Source: an uncultured Candidatus Saccharibacteria bacterium
GTDB taxonomy: Bacteria; Patescibacteriota; Minisyncoccia; Phycocordibacterales; UBA9973
Reading direction: 5' to 3'
Assembly: GCA_964482735.1 (NCBI GenBank)
Contig: CAYZYV010000002.1
Location: forward strand, 86,061-150,060
Length of the DNA stretch: 64,000 nucleotides
The notes under the pieces were generated by a model. It was not told the DNA's origin, searched no databases, and saw only the letters and a program-made list of their open reading frames with translations. The position numbers and the translations under genes are program-made. Positions 50,449 through 62,101 of this stretch are shown piece by piece. Position 1 is the first letter of the stretch. Every line of letters starts with the position of its first letter.

Positions 50449-52929
50449 TTACTTTCCACAACACTGTTTGTACTTCTTGCCAGATCCACAAGGACATGGG
50501 TCATTTCGCCCGACCTTGGGAGACTCTCTCCTCTTTGGTTGTCGTCCTTCATCCCCATCTCCAGAGTTTAATATAAGCTCAGGCTTCTTTTCTATAGTCT
50601 CTTTTTCAGGTTCATCCTTAGTATCTACGTTTATAGTGTTAATTAAAGAAACAACTTTGTCTCTAAAATTAAGTTCCATTTCTTTAAAGAGCTTCAAACC
50701 TTCCTTTTTGTATTCAATTAATGGTTCTCTTTGTCCATAGGCTCTCAAATTAACCGATGAACGAGTATATTCCATTGTTTCTAGATGCTCTACCCAAAGG
50801 GTATCTGTCACATATAGGGCTATTCTTCGAATAGTTTCAAAGAATAGGTTCTCCCCCATCGCAAATCTCTTCTTTTTAATTACTTCCTCTAATTCATATC
50901 CGTATTCTTTAGTTAATGATTCCAAAAAGTTTTCAATTTCTTCGTGGTTTCCCAAAAGCATTGTCCTTCTCCTCTCATAAACAACTTTTCTTTGATGACT
51001 TAGAACATTATCATATTCCAGTGTATGTTTTCGGGCATCAAAGTGAAAACCTTCTACCTTTGCTTGAGCGTTTTCTAGAGTATTAGAGATAAACTTATTT
51101 TCTATTGGCTGATCTTCTCCAACTCCAAGCTTAGTCATCATGTTTTTAATTCTCTCTGATCCGAAAATTCTCATCAAATCATCATCCAAAGAGACATAAA
51201 ATCGCGTTTCCCCAGGATCACCTTGTCTTCCGGAACGTCCTCGCAACTGGTTATCTATTCTTCTAGCTTCATGACGTTCTGTACCAATAACAAATAAACC
51301 TCCAAGTTTTTTAACCTCTTCATATTTATCTTGGTCAAAAGGTACACCTCCTAATTTAATATCAACTCCTCTTCCGGCCATGTTAGTTGCTACAGTAACT
51401 GCACCCAGCCTTCCAGCGTTAGCAATAATTTCCCCCTCTCTTTCGTGATTCTTAGCATTTAGAACTGTATGTTGAATACCAGCTTGGGTAAGATAAGCTG
51501 ATAGAAGCTCGTTTTTCTCAATGGAAACAGTTCCCAAAAGTACAGGCTGACCTTTTTCATTCAAATCTTTTACCATTTGAGCTACAGCCTTAAACTTTGC
51601 AGCTTCTGTTTGATAAATTAAATCATTGTGATCTTTTCTATTTATAGGTTTGTGAGTAGGGACAACAACAACATCAAGTCCGTAAACTTTCAAAAATTCT
51701 TCTTTTGAAGTTTCAGCCGTTCCAGTCATACCAGATAGTTTGCTATAAAACTTAAAATAATTTTGGAATGTAATAGAGGCAACCGCCCTAGTTTCCTTTT
51801 CAATTTTTACTCCTTCTTTAGCTTCAATGGCTTGGTGAAGACCTTCACTCCATCTGCGACCTGGTTGTAATCTTCCAGTGAACGAATCAACAATGATAAC
51901 CTCTCCGTCTTTTACAACATAATCTTTATTGTTCTCATAAAGGGCTCGGGCCTTAACTGCGGTTTCTAGGTGGTGAACATATTTTATGCCTTTTTCGGTA
52001 TAGATGTTTTGTATACCTAATAAATCTTCTGCCATAGTAATACCGTGATCTGTCAAAGAGATAGCTCTAAGCTTCTCATCAACGGTGTAGTCTTCTTCTT
52101 TTTTTAGTTTCTTTGCAATGTCAGCAAAAGTATAATAAAGATCTTCACTATCTTCAGCGGGTGAAGAAATAATTAACGGGGTTCTAGATTCATCTATTAA
52201 AATAGAGTCCACCTCGTCTACAATAGCAAAAAATGGATTCCTTTGAACAACATCATCAATACTTCTTGCCAAATTATCCCTTAGATAATCAAAGCCAAAT
52301 TCGTTATTGGTACCATACGTTATATCGCAATTATAAGCATCTTTTCGCGAACAAGGCTTGAGATATTCATACTGGACACGAAAACCACCTATTTCCTTAT
52401 CGTCTTCAGCCTGCTCTTCCGAGACATGGCTTGGATCATAGACATAAGAAGTGTTTTGAGAATTTATTACACCCACACTTAACCCCAAGGCATGATAAAC
52501 AAGTCCCATGTTAACAGCATCTCTTCTTGAAAGATAATCGTTGACTGTAACTATGTGTACACCTTTCCCCGTGAGAGCATTCAAATATGCAGGCATCGTT
52601 GCAACTAGAGTTTTTCCTTCTCCTGTTCTCATCTCTGTAACTTTTCCATTATGCAAAGCAATCGCACCGACAAGTTGAACATCGTAATGTCTTTCACCTC
52701 TCGTTCGAACAGAAGCTTCTCTAACCAAAGCAAAAGCCTCTGGTAAAATATCATCTAGGCTTTCACCTTTTTCTAACCTACTCTTAAATTCGTCTGTTTT
52801 ATATTTCAAAGACTCATCGTCTAGACCTTTAAAGTATTCTTCCAGTTTGTTTATTTTTTCAACCAAAGGCTTCCATTTTTTGATTAACCGATCGCTTTCA
52901 GTTCCTATTATAGTATTTAGTATTCCCAT
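50449..52929 (-). CDS. secA: preprotein translocase SecA
   Basis: [38 protein letters not shown] motif. Confidence 0.98.
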   Translation of the reverse strand: MGILNTIIGTESDRLIKKWKPLVEKINKLEEYFKGLDDESLKYKTDEFKSRLEKGESLDDILPEAFALVREASVRTRGERHYDVQLVGAIALHNGKVTEMRTGEGKTLVATMPAYLNALTGKGVHIVTVNDYLSRRDAVNMGLVYHALGLSVGVINSQNTSYVYDPSHVSEEQAEDDKEIGGFRVQYEYLKPCSRKDAYNCDITYGTNNEFGFDYLRDNLARSIDDVVQRNPFFAIVDEVDSILIDESRTPLIISSPAEDSEDLYYTFADIAKKLKKEEDYTVDEKLRAISLTDHGITMAEDLLGIQNIYTEKGIKYVHHLETAVKARALYENNKDYVVKDGEVIIVDSFTGRLQPGRRWSEGLHQAIEAKEGVKIEKETRAVASITFQNYFKFYSKLSGMTGTAETSKEEFLKVYGLDVVVVPTHKPINRKDHNDLIYQTEAAKFKAVAQMVKDLNEKGQPVLLGTVSIEKNELLSAYLTQAGIQHTVLNAKNHEREGEIIANAGRLGAVTVATNMAGRGVDIKLGGVPFDQDKYEEVKKLGGLFVIGTERHEARRIDNQLRGRSGRQGDPGETRFYVSLDDDLMRIFGSERIKNMMTKLGVGEDQPIENKFISNTLENAQAKVEGFHFDARKHTLEYDNVLSHQRKVVYERRRTMLLGNHEEIENFLESLTKEYGYELEEVIKKKRFAMGENLFFETIRRIALYVTDTLWVEHLETMEYTRSSVNLRAYGQREPLIEYKKEGLKLFKEMELNFRDKVVSLINTINVDTKDEPEKETIEKKPELILNSGDGDEGRQPKRRESPKVGRNDPCPCGSGKKYKQCCGK

Positions 52930-53112
52930 TATATTAAAAACAAGACTAATTATAATATCTAATAAAATATCCTTGTTATATTATTATAAAACCTTAATTT
53001 ATAATGTTTATTCCGCAAACAGCATAGTCGGTGGAATATACATAATAGTCATTTTAACACAAAAAGAAAATCCTCGATAGAGAGAGGATTTTCTTTTAGA
53101 GTTAAGCTAAAA

Positions 53113-53232
53113 TTATTTCTTAGCTTTTTTTGCAGGCTTCTTTGCAACTTTCTTAACAGCCTTTTTTGCAACTTTTTTTGCAGGCTTCTTTGCAACTTTC
53201 TTAACAGCCTTTTTTGCTTTTTTTACTACCAT
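53113..53232 (-). CDS. 39-aa histone H1-like Lys/Ala-rich protein, not in the ORF track
   Basis: MVVKKAKKAVKKVAKKPAKKVAKKAVKKVAKKPAKKAKK; 48-bp internal tandem repeat; downstream terminator near 53063-53097. Confidence 0.85.
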   Translation of the reverse strand: MVVKKAKKAVKKVAKKPAKKVAKKAVKKVAKKPAKKAKK

Positions 53233-53437
53233 ATTATTTTAAAAAATTATTTTTAAAAGATGTGTGTGAATCAGACGACCTTACAAAAAATTTTTAAAAA
53301 AAAATTTTTGTAAAAAACTTCATCACACTCACACTTATATTATCTCTCATCTAAAAAATAACCGCAATACTTTTTTGCAAAAAAGTGTGGATAACTTCCA
53401 ATTTTATTTTTTGAAAAAAAATTATAAAATTGAGAAT

Positions 53438-53540
53438 CCTGTACTAAAATTTTTAAAAATTAATTATAAGAAAAAATAAAATTAAAAATTAAAAAAATTT
53501 TTTTAATTACAAAAAGTCAAAAGTAAATTTTTAGTACGGG
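53438..53540. repeat. possible degenerate member of the CCCGT...ACGGG element family
   Basis: CCTGTACTAAAATTT / AAATTTTTAGTACGGG inverted ends around an almost pure A/T interior. Confidence 0.45.
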
Positions 53541-53604
53541 GTAAATATGTAGAAAAAAATATAAATGAAAAACACCCAGCTTTGGACAGGGTGTTTTTCA
53601 TTTA

Positions 53605-53967
53605 TATGGTTTTGTGTTTATAAGCCGAATTCTGTTCTCCGACTTTTAGTCGGAGCGGTAAACATTTATCTAGACCTAAAGTTACCCTCAGGCTCAAGCG
53701 ATTCAGACTCCGACCAAGGTCGGAGAATACGATCTTGCACACTCGTAAGGATTTAGCCGTTTCATTTTCTATGTTTCCATAGAACTCACCCCTCACTTAC
53801 GTTTAGGGTGCTACACTCTTTCGAGTTAATAGCGTCTCTGCTCGCACCTCTATGATTACTCACGATGGGTGTTACCCACTACAACTGCCTGACGTAGTCA
53901 GACTGTGTGTTCGGACTTTCCTCACTCCGACATAAATCGAAGCGCGTTTACCTAACACAAAACCATA
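53605..53967 (-). ncRNA. rnpB: RNase P RNA
   Basis: GAGGAAAGTCCG and ACAGAATTCGGCTTA conserved regions; P1 helix TATGGTTTTGTGTT/AACACAAAACCATA. Confidence 0.95.
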
Positions 53968-53992
53968 AACATAATATCAAAATATCTGTCAC

Positions 53993-54021
53993 TTGACAAT
54001 ACCAGTCTAATTTGCTATACT
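53993..54021 (+). promoter_or_regulatory. sigma70 promoter
   Basis: TTGACA-17 bp-TATACT with TG extension. Confidence 0.8.
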
Positions 54022-54027
54022 TTGTCT

Positions 54028-54111
54028 AGTGAGTTAAACACTCCAATCGTCAGTACTAATTATTGTCTGACAACAATTGCGAGCAAAACCCCGACTTCGG
54101 TCGGGGTTTTG
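54028..54111 (+). ncRNA. candidate small RNA 1
   Basis: Near-consensus promoter, no ORF, UUCG-capped terminator at 54084-54111. Confidence 0.6.
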
Positions 54112-54141
54112 TGTTTTTAATTAAATAATATATAATAAAAG

Positions 54142-54266
54142 TGTAGTCGTTGTGTGTTTTAGCCAGCGGCTGCACTCACATCGCAATTGTATGTTGGAGC
54201 TTAGCACCCGCTGGCTCAAGCACACAAAAAATAAAAAGCTCAACATTCGTTGAGCTTTTTATTTTT
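54142..54266 (+). ncRNA. candidate small RNA 2
   Basis: TATAAT at 54131-54136; 19-bp stem 54151-54169/54208-54226; terminator hairpin about 54227-54266. Confidence 0.5.
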
Positions 54267-54436
54267 CTTTTTTAATAAGTATGTTCATCATAATTGAAGT
54301 ATTCTTTCTTTTGTTCCGTCTATTGGGTCTTTCCCTCATGTCAGATTTATTTTAAGACTAAAATCATCGTCTATTATGTGCTCAATTGAGGCACATAATA
54401 TCGCCTTTTAATCCCGACTAGGTCGGGACCTTTTCA

Positions 54437-55978
<1,542 letters not shown>

Positions 55979-56304
55979 AATCTATACATAAATGTATGAT
56001 TCGAAATAGAACGGAACAAAAGAAAAAATACTTTTGTCCAATATTACTGGTTGTTTGCGATTCGCTAAATGCGAATCAATGCTTGATTATGATAGTTCTC
56101 TTATAACTAAAAGTTATTTTGAGAACACTTACCTATTAAAATTTCAAAGAAAGTAAAACAGTCAGATACAATCAGACTGTGGACTCCATTATATACATTC
56201 AAAAAAATAAGTCAAGCCTTATTTGACTATTTCACCTATGGAATTAGCCTATTTTACACCAGGCTCTCTTCTGCCAATAAAAGTTATATTTTATAAGGGT
56301 TTAA

Positions 56305-56598
56305 TTAGTGGTTTCTGTACCAATCAAGCCCCTCATTCTTCTTGTCGTCATCTTCCGTATTGATACGATCAACAGACTTAAATTCTTTTTCTAGTTCTCT
56401 CTTGTTAAAAATTTTCCCACTTATTGAGTATTCATTATTACCTTTATAACTAACAATTAGTTTTGCGTTAGGATATTTTAGATTAAGATCTTCTAATAGC
56501 TTATTAGCCCTTTCTTGATCAGAAGAAGGCTCACTTGCTTTAAAGTCTATATCGAGCTGACCATCTTTATTAGTGTGATTTTGTTCTAAACTTGTCAT
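56305..56598 (-). CDS. hypothetical protein
   Basis: 97-aa ORF; TATAAT 6 nt before the ATG. Confidence 0.65.
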   Translation of the reverse strand: MTSLEQNHTNKDGQLDIDFKASEPSSDQERANKLLEDLNLKYPNAKLIVSYKGNNEYSISGKIFNKRELEKEFKSVDRINTEDDDKKNEGLDWYRNH

Positions 56599-56670
56599 AC
56601 TATTATTATAATACTAATTAGAAGGTTTACAAAACCGTTTTTTTTTGTAATAATTGTTCTTAGTTAACGA

Positions 56671-56743
56671 GCCCTGTTAGCTCAGCTGGTAGAGCAGCTC
56701 CCTCTTAAGGAGATGGTCGGAGGTTCGATTCCTCCACGGGGCA
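56671..56743 (+). tRNA. tRNA-Lys (CTT)
   Basis: Cloverleaf; loop CTCTTAA; GGTTCGATTCC. Confidence 0.95.
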
Positions 56744-56946
56744 CAAATTTTTGCGAAGCACAAAATTTGTGATTTTTAAACATACCCCTAATGTATGTTT
56801 AAAAAGAATCGAAAGACGGAGGCCGACTGGCCGAGTCGGGGTCGCGAGATTTTTCAGCAGAAAAATACTTGTGACCGATTCCCTCACGGGGCACAAAATA
56901 AAAAACCTGTCGAAAGACAAGGTTTTTTATTTTGTGCCCCGTGGAG
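56744..56946 (+). repeat. tRNA-Lys 3' palindromic tail element
   Basis: 56876-56897 matches 56726-56747 at 20/22; inverted copy at 56931-56946; core shared with the tRNA-Ser tail. Confidence 0.85.
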
Positions 56947-56962
56947 AGAAAACTATTTCATA

Positions 56963-57454
56963 TTATCTTTTATTAATACAGAACGTACCTCCAGCTTCCA
57001 ATGTTGCACACAAGTCGTACTGCTGTCCAGCAGCACATCCTGCACAAGCTTCATTAGCATTCCAAACTTCATATGTATATCTATATGTAGCGTTATTAAT
57101 AGGATCTTTAGGTAAAGAAGACATAAAACCATCGACAACCAAATCTCTTAGATCACTGCTAGAGCCCCAATCAGATGAAACAGGTAAACAACTATCGGCA
57201 TTGGAATAACTGGTATCTACACCACATCCTTCTGGTTGAGTATACGCTCCATATTTATCGTAGTTAAATTCTAGGGCTTTTTCTATTTGTCTTAAATCCA
57301 TCTTCCTTCTCGCATCTCTACTTTTTGATCGAGCAGTATTTAAGCTACCTATCACCACCGCAGACAAAATTCCAATAATAGCGATGACAACTAGAAGTTC
57401 AATCAGGGTAAATCCCCTATCTCTAGGTTTAGTTTTAACACAACTAAAAATCAT
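56963..57454 (-). CDS. type IV pilin / GspG-like prepilin
   Basis: GFTLIELLVVIAIIGIL, SRDARR..DL, LPKDP. Confidence 0.92.
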   Translation of the reverse strand: MIFSCVKTKPRDRGFTLIELLVVIAIIGILSAVVIGSLNTARSKSRDARRKMDLRQIEKALEFNYDKYGAYTQPEGCGVDTSYSNADSCLPVSSDWGSSSDLRDLVVDGFMSSLPKDPINNATYRYTYEVWNANEACAGCAAGQQYDLCATLEAGGTFCINKR

Positions 57455-57492
57455 ATAGTCATTATACTATAAAATTATTATCGTGTGAATTT

Positions 57493-58500
57493 TTATTTTC
57501 TCAACAATTTCACCAATCCATCCATAAAATTTTTTATAGACGCATCGTCAAATAAGGATAATACAAAAACTGGTTTGCCCAATTTCTCAAAATCCTTTTT
57601 CGCTTTTTCAATTTTCTTTTGATCTTCTATGATATCTGATTTTGTCAAAACCACAACTTCTTCTTTTTCTGCTAATTGCTTATCGTATTTTTCTAACTCC
57701 CCTCTGATGATTTTATAATTCCTCATCATTTCTTTTTCATTTCCTGCCCCGTTGGAAGTCGTAGACTTTCCTTCGGGATCAAACGACACTAAATGTGCGA
57801 TCATTTTCGTTCTCTTAGTATGCTTCAAGAATTTCACTCCGAGCCCTTTGCCTTCGCTTGCTCCTTCGATGAGCCCTGGTATATCAGCAATTGTGAATCC
57901 ATAAAAATCTCCAAGATTAGGATCGAGTGTTGTAAATTGATAGTTACCTATTTTAGCATTTGCATTTGTTATGGAATTTAAAAGAGAAGATTTCCCCGCA
58001 TTAGGCATTCCTATCAATCCAACATCGGCAAAAAGTTCTAGTTCTATTTTAAAATTTCCTTCTTCTCCTTCTAATCCACGGCTTGCTTTTTTTGGAGCTA
58101 CGTTTGTCGAACTTTTGTAATGTTCATTTCCATAGCCTCCTTCACCACCTTTCAAAAGTAATTCCTTTTGTCCGACTTTATCAAGTGACACGCTAGCTCC
58201 ATTTTCTACGTTTGTGATTACAGATCCAACCGGTAATTCTATAATTAAATCCTGTCCATCTTTTCCGTGACGACTTCCTCCACCACCATCCTCTCCTTTT
58301 TCTGCTCTGAAATCTTTTTTGTGTTTATATTTTGCCAATAAGTGAATATCAGAAATAGCCAGAGCATAAACATCTCCTCCTCTTCCACCATCTCCACCGT
58401 TTGGTCCTCCTTTGTCTATAAATTTCTCTCGTCGCCATCGAACAACCCCGTCTCCACCACGGCCAGCTTTTGCATAAAATTGTATTTCATCTATAAACAT
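57493..58500 (-). CDS. obg: GTPase Obg
   Basis: MFIDE..AG.GG.G, GMPNAGKSSL, FTTL.P, DIPGLIEGA, TKSD. Confidence 0.97.
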   Translation of the reverse strand: MFIDEIQFYAKAGRGGDGVVRWRREKFIDKGGPNGGDGGRGGDVYALAISDIHLLAKYKHKKDFRAEKGEDGGGGSRHGKDGQDLIIELPVGSVITNVENGASVSLDKVGQKELLLKGGEGGYGNEHYKSSTNVAPKKASRGLEGEEGNFKIELELFADVGLIGMPNAGKSSLLNSITNANAKIGNYQFTTLDPNLGDFYGFTIADIPGLIEGASEGKGLGVKFLKHTKRTKMIAHLVSFDPEGKSTTSNGAGNEKEMMRNYKIIRGELEKYDKQLAEKEEVVVLTKSDIIEDQKKIEKAKKDFEKLGKPVFVLSLFDDASIKNFMDGLVKLLRK

Positions 58501-58555
58501 ATCTGTGCATTTCGAGAAGAGCTATTTAAATTTTTTAACTCTTTCCACCTATAAC

Positions 58556-59470
58556 TTACGCTATTAATGCCTTTTCGGCAAGGGCTATTGCACTTTCTTT
58601 AGAAACAGCTTGCATCGTAAAACCATTCCGATGGCAAAAGATTACGTCAGACACACCAGTCACCGCCTGTAATCTTTCATCTCCATTCGTAAGCCCCCTC
58701 CAATTTTCAGGAAATGGCTTGCGACTTTCTTTTGTGCCAATCGATTTAATTATAGCTTCAATTTTCCAAAATTTTCCACTTCCTCCTGGCATAAGTACAT
58801 ATACAGGCTCAGGAAGAATAGCCAGCGTATCTTGATATAATTTTCGAGACAAAGAAATATCTAAAATGACTATCCTTTTATCTTTAGCAGCACTGTATGC
58901 ATTCAAAATAATTTGATTGCCCTCTTCCTCATCTTTGCTTATTTTGATTTCCCTTAAAAGAAATTTTTTAACTTCTTTCACTTGTTGAACAAATATCTTA
59001 TCTATATTTTTATTTTTCTCTTTCCATGTTGGTATTTTATCTAAAAATACTTTTTCAACTCCACTACGAACAATACCGTCAAATATTGGTTTTGAAATGT
59101 CCACTCCATTGTCTGAGGCATCTATTGGTTGAACAATTTTTCTGTCTACTCTATCAGCCACTTCTTTACTCCCACAAACTTGTTCTCCATACTTCTTCCA
59201 GACCAAACCAAATGAAGCGTAAGGCAATCCATTTTTTCTCTCCCCAGCTCCTCCTTTTTGATGATGATCAAAACGATTAATTTCAGGATCATAAATTAAT
59301 CCAATATCATAAACAAAATCTGCCTTGTCTATAATTTCTTGATCGTTGGTTCTAATTATTTTTACACGACCGTCAAAGACGATAGATAATACTGCAGTTG
59401 CAAATAAATCATCGGCATGAAAACCTCCGGGGTGTGTTACTAGTATCTTTCTTTTTTTAAATACATTCAT
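58556..59470 (-). CDS. MYG1 family protein
   Basis: THPGGFHADD, RFDHHQ, RKPFPENWRG, FCH.NGF. Confidence 0.93.
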   Translation of the reverse strand: MNVFKKRKILVTHPGGFHADDLFATAVLSIVFDGRVKIIRTNDQEIIDKADFVYDIGLIYDPEINRFDHHQKGGAGERKNGLPYASFGLVWKKYGEQVCGSKEVADRVDRKIVQPIDASDNGVDISKPIFDGIVRSGVEKVFLDKIPTWKEKNKNIDKIFVQQVKEVKKFLLREIKISKDEEEGNQIILNAYSAAKDKRIVILDISLSRKLYQDTLAILPEPVYVLMPGGSGKFWKIEAIIKSIGTKESRKPFPENWRGLTNGDERLQAVTGVSDVIFCHRNGFTMQAVSKESAIALAEKALIA

Positions 59471-60080
59471 CTTTTTCTTTGATATTAATTTTAATTCCAA
59501 ACAGTTCGACAAACAAAGTTATAATTTTTTCCAAAATTAAAAATGCGACAAAGAAGGCCAGAATTATTATTATAAAATTTCTAACATCTTTACTTACCAT
59601 CAAAGCCGTATGACTAAAGAAGAATCCTAATCCAAACATTATGATAGACCACGCCACCAAAGAAGAGATTTCAGCCGGGATAAAAGTTCTTAATTTTATC
59701 TTCTTGTAGCCAGAGTAAATTAATGTAAACCAGTACATCCCTAAAATCAAAAACCTAGATACAAAAACTGAGCGGAACGGTTTTTTCAGAAAATTCGGGA
59801 AAAATATATGTATCTTACATTCTGCTTGTTTTAAAATATCGTTTGTTGAGTACTTTCTTTGTAAAAAATATCCTAGACTATATCCCACAACAGACTTAAT
59901 CGCTCCACCCGTAAATGTAGCGACAAAAGCCATGGCTACATTTATAGACCCAAGGTAGGCAAATATACCAGCCAAAATAACGACTATTTCTCCTTCCAAG
60001 AACACACCCAACAAGATCAGGACATAAATTATTTCGGCATGAGAAGCAGCCACGTTTTGTATATATTCAATAGAAAACAT
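59457..60080 (-). CDS. DedA family membrane protein
   Basis: LEGEIVVILAG, YSLG, SRF pattern. Confidence 0.85.
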   Translation of the reverse strand: MFSIEYIQNVAASHAEIIYVLILLGVFLEGEIVVILAGIFAYLGSINVAMAFVATFTGGAIKSVVGYSLGYFLQRKYSTNDILKQAECKIHIFFPNFLKKPFRSVFVSRFLILGMYWFTLIYSGYKKIKLRTFIPAEISSLVAWSIIMFGLGFFFSHTALMVSKDVRNFIIIILAFFVAFLILEKIITLFVELFGIKINIKEKDECI

Positions 60081-60083
60081 AAA

Positions 60084-60428
60084 TTAGATATCGTAGTGGA
60101 AAACCTTTTTGAGAAGCCAGTTTATGATTGAGACCAACAATGCCCCGACAAATGCCGCGTAGAAACCATCAACAGTAAAACCCTTTATCAAAGTTCCTAA
60201 GTACCAGAACAATGCTCCGTTGATGACTAGAGAAAACAAGCCGAGAGTTATTGCATTTATCGGAAGAGTTAGGACATTAACAATTGGTTTTATAAACATG
60301 TTAAATAAAGTTAGACAAGCTCCCACTACCAAAGCCACCCAGATAGGGCTAACAACTACCCCATCTATTATCTTTGTAGTAGCAAAGACCGCAATAGAAA
60401 TCAAAAGCCAGTGTAATATAATTTTCAT
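60084..60428 (-). CDS. 4-TM phage-holin-family (YvlD-like) membrane protein
   Basis: IKPIVNVLTLPINAITLGLFSLVING. Confidence 0.9.
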   Translation of the reverse strand: MKIILHWLLISIAVFATTKIIDGVVVSPIWVALVVGACLTLFNMFIKPIVNVLTLPINAITLGLFSLVINGALFWYLGTLIKGFTVDGFYAAFVGALLVSIINWLLKKVFHYDI

Positions 60429-60544
60429 CCCGTTAGAAGCAGGTCGCGGTCGCTATTATCTCAACAGCAATCTGCTAAAATTAAATAATTAATTTAAAAA
60501 AACTTAATATCCCCATCAAAACCATGACCGCGGCTTCTAACGGG
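60429..60544. mobile_element. 116-bp miniature inverted-repeat element on a start codon
   Basis: Perfect 12-bp ends CCCGTTAGAAGC/GCTTCTAACGGG; 28 of the first 31 nt identical to the 6059 copy. Confidence 0.8.
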
Positions 60545-60561
60545 ATCATGCCCACATATTA

Positions 60562-61017
60562 TTAAACAAATAATTGATCGACAATTTCCTTAACCATAGC
60601 GCCATCAGCTTTACCTTTGAGATCCTTCATCAAGGAGGCCATAAACATCCCCTTCTTTGATGGATCGATTGCTCCAAGTTCAGAGACTTTACTTTTTACA
60701 AATTCTTCAACCTCATTTCTCTCCATAAGCTTAGGAAGATATTCTGACAAGATGTTTAGTTGTCTTGTTTCTTCTTCTACGAGATCCATTCTTCCACCTT
60801 TAGTGAATTGCTCGATAGAATCTTTTCTTTGTTTTGCTAATCTTGTAACTACTGCTAGAGCTTGCTCGTCAGATAACATCTCCTGAGGGGTGTGACCCGT
60901 AGCAACTAATTCATTTGTAAAAGCAGTGACTAATCCTCTCATAACTTCGAGACGAATTTTATCACCAGCTTTCATCGCTTCTTTTATTTGATTTTTTATA
61001 TTTTCATGTAATGTCAT
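60562..61017 (-). CDS. GatB/YqeY domain protein
   Basis: IKEAMKA.D, KQRKDSIEQF..GGR.DL, YLP, GKADG. Confidence 0.93.
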   Translation of the reverse strand: MTLHENIKNQIKEAMKAGDKIRLEVMRGLVTAFTNELVATGHTPQEMLSDEQALAVVTRLAKQRKDSIEQFTKGGRMDLVEEETRQLNILSEYLPKLMERNEVEEFVKSKVSELGAIDPSKKGMFMASLMKDLKGKADGAMVKEIVDQLFV

Positions 61018-61053
61018 GTTCTAATTATACTAAATACATGCTAAAATACAATT

Positions 61054-61327
61054 ATGAATCCCGTAGTAGAAAATGACATTGTATTGAAATACAGATTTAC
61101 AGACAATAAAGCTACGTGGATGTTTGAAATTTATTAAAATTAAGATATAAAATGACTGAATTCATAATGTCATTTTTCACTAACGGGATGTATCCCGTAG
61201 TAGAAAATAACATTGTATTGAAACACAGACTGGCAAATAATAAAATTACGTGGATGTTTGAAAATTATTAGAATTAAGATATAAAATGACCCAATTCATA
61301 ATGTCATTTTTCACTAACGGGATGAAA
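61054..61327 (+). mobile_element. tandem pair of 128-bp CCCGT...ACGGG elements on a start codon
   Basis: ATGAAT-[61060-61187]-ATGTAT-[61194-61321]-ATGAAA; 134-bp period. Confidence 0.82.
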
Positions 61328-62047
61328 AACATTATCTTTTTTGATACCGAAACTACGGGCAACACCGATAAGGATTTTCTTTGCCAAATTGCTTACAAGG
61401 AAATGAATGGCGAATCTTTTTGTGGTTTATACAAGCCTCCTTTTAAGATACCACCTGAAGCTTCTGCTGTTCATCATATTTCCAACAAGATGATAGCGGA
61501 TAAACCAAGCTTCTGTGAAAGTGAAGACCACTCAAAAATCAAAGATCTTTTTGAAAATCCGAACAATGTCGTCGTTGCTCACAATGCCACTTTTGATTTA
61601 GCTATGCTTAAAAAGGAAGACATTGTCCCATCTAATTTTATTTGTACTCTACGTGTTGCTAGATTTTTAGACAAAGAAGGAAAAATAGAAAAATACAATC
61701 TTCAATATTTGAGATACCTTCTAGAGATAGAGATAGAAGCACAGGCCCATGATGCTTTGGGGGATGTGCTCGTCCTAGAGAAACTTTTCGAAAGGTTATT
61801 CAAAAAAATAATGGAAGAAAATAATTTTTCTGAACAAGAAGCCATAGATGAAATGATCGAAATATCTTCCCACCCCACAATCTTGAGAACAATTAATTTT
61901 GGAAAATATAACGGTAAAGAAATACGAGAAATCGCCGACATTGATCGCGGATATCTCGAATGGCTCTTAAGGCAAAAAGAAGAAAGTGACCAGATTGACG
62001 AAGATTGGATATATACCCTTCGTCATTATTTAGGAATGTTGCAGTAA
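61322..62047 (+). CDS. DEDDh 3'-5' exonuclease (DnaQ/ExoX-like) with FGKY C-terminal domain
   Basis: FDTETTG, AHNATFD, AHDALGD, FGKYNG...YLEWL. Confidence 0.9.
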   Translation: MKNIIFFDTETTGNTDKDFLCQIAYKEMNGESFCGLYKPPFKIPPEASAVHHISNKMIADKPSFCESEDHSKIKDLFENPNNVVVAHNATFDLAMLKKEDIVPSNFICTLRVARFLDKEGKIEKYNLQYLRYLLEIEIEAQAHDALGDVLVLEKLFERLFKKIMEENNFSEQEAIDEMIEISSHPTILRTINFGKYNGKEIREIADIDRGYLEWLLRQKEESDQIDEDWIYTLRHYLGMLQ

Positions 62048-62062
62048 AAATGACTCATAATA

Positions 62063-62094
62063 AGAATTGCCCCGACCGCGGTCGGGGCAATTCT
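62063..62094. terminator. bidirectional terminator of CCGAC/GTCGG type
   Basis: AGAATTGCCCCGAC-CGCG-GTCGGGGCAATTCT between convergent genes. Confidence 0.75.
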
Positions 62095-62101
62095 ATTTTA
62101 A

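Noticed and set aside
28797-53395. DnaA boxes (TTATCCACA) near 28798, 34174 and 53386 as oriC
   Set aside because: Single dispersed boxes with no cluster and no dnaA or dnaN nearby.
56705-57209. ORFs overlapping tRNA-Lys, its tail and the pilin antisense
   Set aside because: Shadow frames; the similarity to the 3075 ORF (GVA..FSRK..VT) reflects the shared DNA repeat.
60084-60428. Prophage suggested by the holin-family gene
   Set aside because: This 4-TM family is a common chromosomal gene and its neighbours are housekeeping genes.
61054-61327. CRISPR array
   Set aside because: Whole 134-bp units are duplicated with no unique spacers; no cas genes in the window.
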